Source: Gemmatimonadaceae bacterium
Lineage (GTDB): Bacteria > Gemmatimonadota > Gemmatimonadetes > Gemmatimonadales > Gemmatimonadaceae
DNA: 25,253 bases
NCBI GenBank assembly: GCA_035274345.1
Contig: DATEOG010000235.1
Location: 1-25,253 of the forward strand
Direction of reading: 5' to 3'
The translations under genes and the position numbers were made by a program. The notes beneath the pieces are model-generated. The model made no database searches, had not been told where the DNA came from, and was given only the letters and a program-made list of their open reading frames with translations. Below, one piece after another: positions 24,119-25,253 of this stretch (the stretch's first letter is position 1; the number at the start of each line of letters is the position of its first letter).

Positions 24119-25234
24119 ATGCCAAGAGCCAAGCGCAGCGACGTCCTCACCACCCGTGCACTCAACCGTGCCACGCTCGAGCGCCAGATGCTGCTGCGGC
24201 GCGCCAAGCTGCCCGTGCTGGAGGCGATCGAGCGGCTGGTCGCGCTTCAGGCGCAACTTCCCAACCCGCCCTACGTCGGATTGTGGACGCGGCTCGAGGG
24301 GTTCCAGAAGGCGCAGCTCACGCGCCTGATCGAGAAGCGGCGCGTCGTGCGGTCGACGATGCTGCGGGCCACGCAGCACCTCGTCACGGCGCGCGACTAC
24401 CTGCAGCTCCGTCCCGTGCTGCAGCCGATGATCGACCGCGCCTGCCGATACACCCACGGCAAGGGAACGGCGGGGATCGACCAGGAAACGCTGCTCGCAG
24501 CGGGGCGCACACTGCTCGCCGAGCAACCGCGCACCATCACCGAGCTCCAGGAGCTGCTCGGCGAGCGGTGGCCGAAGCACGATCGCCTGGCACTCGGTTA
24601 TTCGATCCAGCTGATGCTTCCACTCGTGCACGTGCCGCCGCGCGGAACGTGGGGACGTGGAGGCGCCGTGCCCGCGGTGCTGGCCGAATCGTGGCTCGAG
24701 CGTCCGCTCTCCGACGACCGGTCGCCCGAGAAGATGATCATGCGCTACCTCGGCGCGTTCGGGCCGGCTACGGTGAAGGACGTTCAGGTGTGGTCCGGGC
24801 TCACCGGGCTGCGCACGGCGGTCGACAAGCTGCGCCCGCAGCTCCGCACGTTCCGCGACGAGCAGGGACGTGAGCTGTTCGATCTCCCCGGCGCCCCACT
24901 CCCCGATCTCGATACGCCGGCTCCACCGCGGTTTCTGCCGGAGTACGACAACCTCCTCCTCTCCTACGACGACCGCTCGCGCGTGATGACCGACGCGGAG
25001 CGCAAGGTCGTGTGGACGAGAAGTGGGCTGCTCGCCAGCGCGCTCGTCGACGGGCGCGTGGCCGCGACGTGGAGCATCGTGCGTGCGCGCGCGGGCGTGA
25101 CGCTCGCGATCGATCCGCTGAAACGGATTGCAAAGAAGGACCGCGCTGCGCTCGCCGAGGAGGGCGAGCGCCTGCTCGCGTTCACGGATCCGGAGGCGAA
25201 GTCGCGAAACGTGCGCTTCGCCGCCGCAAGCTGA
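24119..25234 (+). CDS. AlkZ-like winged-helix (HTH_42) DNA glycosylase, interstrand-crosslink unhooking family
   Basis: ALNRATLERQMLL, LVALQAQ (QxQ catalytic motif), YVGLWTRL, MLRATQHLV, RYLGAFGPATVKD...WSGL, PRFLPEYDNLLLSY, LVDGRVAATW. Start trimmed from TTG 24068. Confidence 0.9.
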   Translation: MPRAKRSDVLTTRALNRATLERQMLLRRAKLPVLEAIERLVALQAQLPNPPYVGLWTRLEGFQKAQLTRLIEKRRVVRSTMLRATQHLVTARDYLQLRPVLQPMIDRACRYTHGKGTAGIDQETLLAAGRTLLAEQPRTITELQELLGERWPKHDRLALGYSIQLMLPLVHVPPRGTWGRGGAVPAVLAESWLERPLSDDRSPEKMIMRYLGAFGPATVKDVQVWSGLTGLRTAVDKLRPQLRTFRDEQGRELFDLPGAPLPDLDTPAPPRFLPEYDNLLLSYDDRSRVMTDAERKVVWTRSGLLASALVDGRVAATWSIVRARAGVTLAIDPLKRIAKKDRAALAEEGERLLAFTDPEAKSRNVRFAAAS

Positions 25235-25240
25235 CGCGCC

Positions 25241-25253
25241 GTTCAGATCCCTC
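25241..25253. repeat. Start of a further inverted REP-like unit, truncated by the window edge
   Basis: gttcagatccctc matches gtacagatccctc (1049-1061 and 1100-1112) at 12/13 positions and begins 6 nt after the AlkZ-like stop codon. Confidence 0.6.

Noticed and set aside
1-25253. tRNA, rRNA, riboswitch, integrase or transposase genes, and frameshifted pseudogenes
   Set aside because: I recognised no cloverleaf, rRNA or known riboswitch signature in the intergenic gaps. All called genes appear intact and none has a recombinase motif.

Overview
High-GC bacterial chromosomal window. The repeat style and gene content suggest a Gemmatimonadota-like organism, but that is inference only. There are 21 credible protein-coding genes and no rRNA, tRNA, CRISPR array or transposase. 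From left to right: (i) an archaeal-type ACT+DUF5612 gene and a five-copy CGTC-type REP cluster; (ii) a secreted gluconolactonase; (iii) a tightly coupled minus-strand run ThuA - LDH-like - FMN reductase - Gfo/Idh/MocA - GT4 - alkaline-phosphatase-family - GT2 - NAD epimerase - flippase - GT2; (iv) a sugar-acid catabolism region with an ExuT-like MFS, a DUF4412-like secreted protein, GntP, a Tat TIM-barrel protein, a flavin monooxygenase, a Tat GFOR-like oxidoreductase and a secreted FG-GAP/PL11-like propeller; (v) a DUF72 gene followed by an AlkZ-type HTH_42 DNA glycosylase. The best leads are a ~340-bp multiply nested fold-back element, four intergenic arrays of 7-8-nt tandem repeats (three paired as inverted arms), the DUF72+AlkZ pair, a possible exported glycoside/aldose oxidation system, and several enzymes whose canonical active-site motifs are altered. 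All family assignments come from motif recognition by eye; no database search was run.
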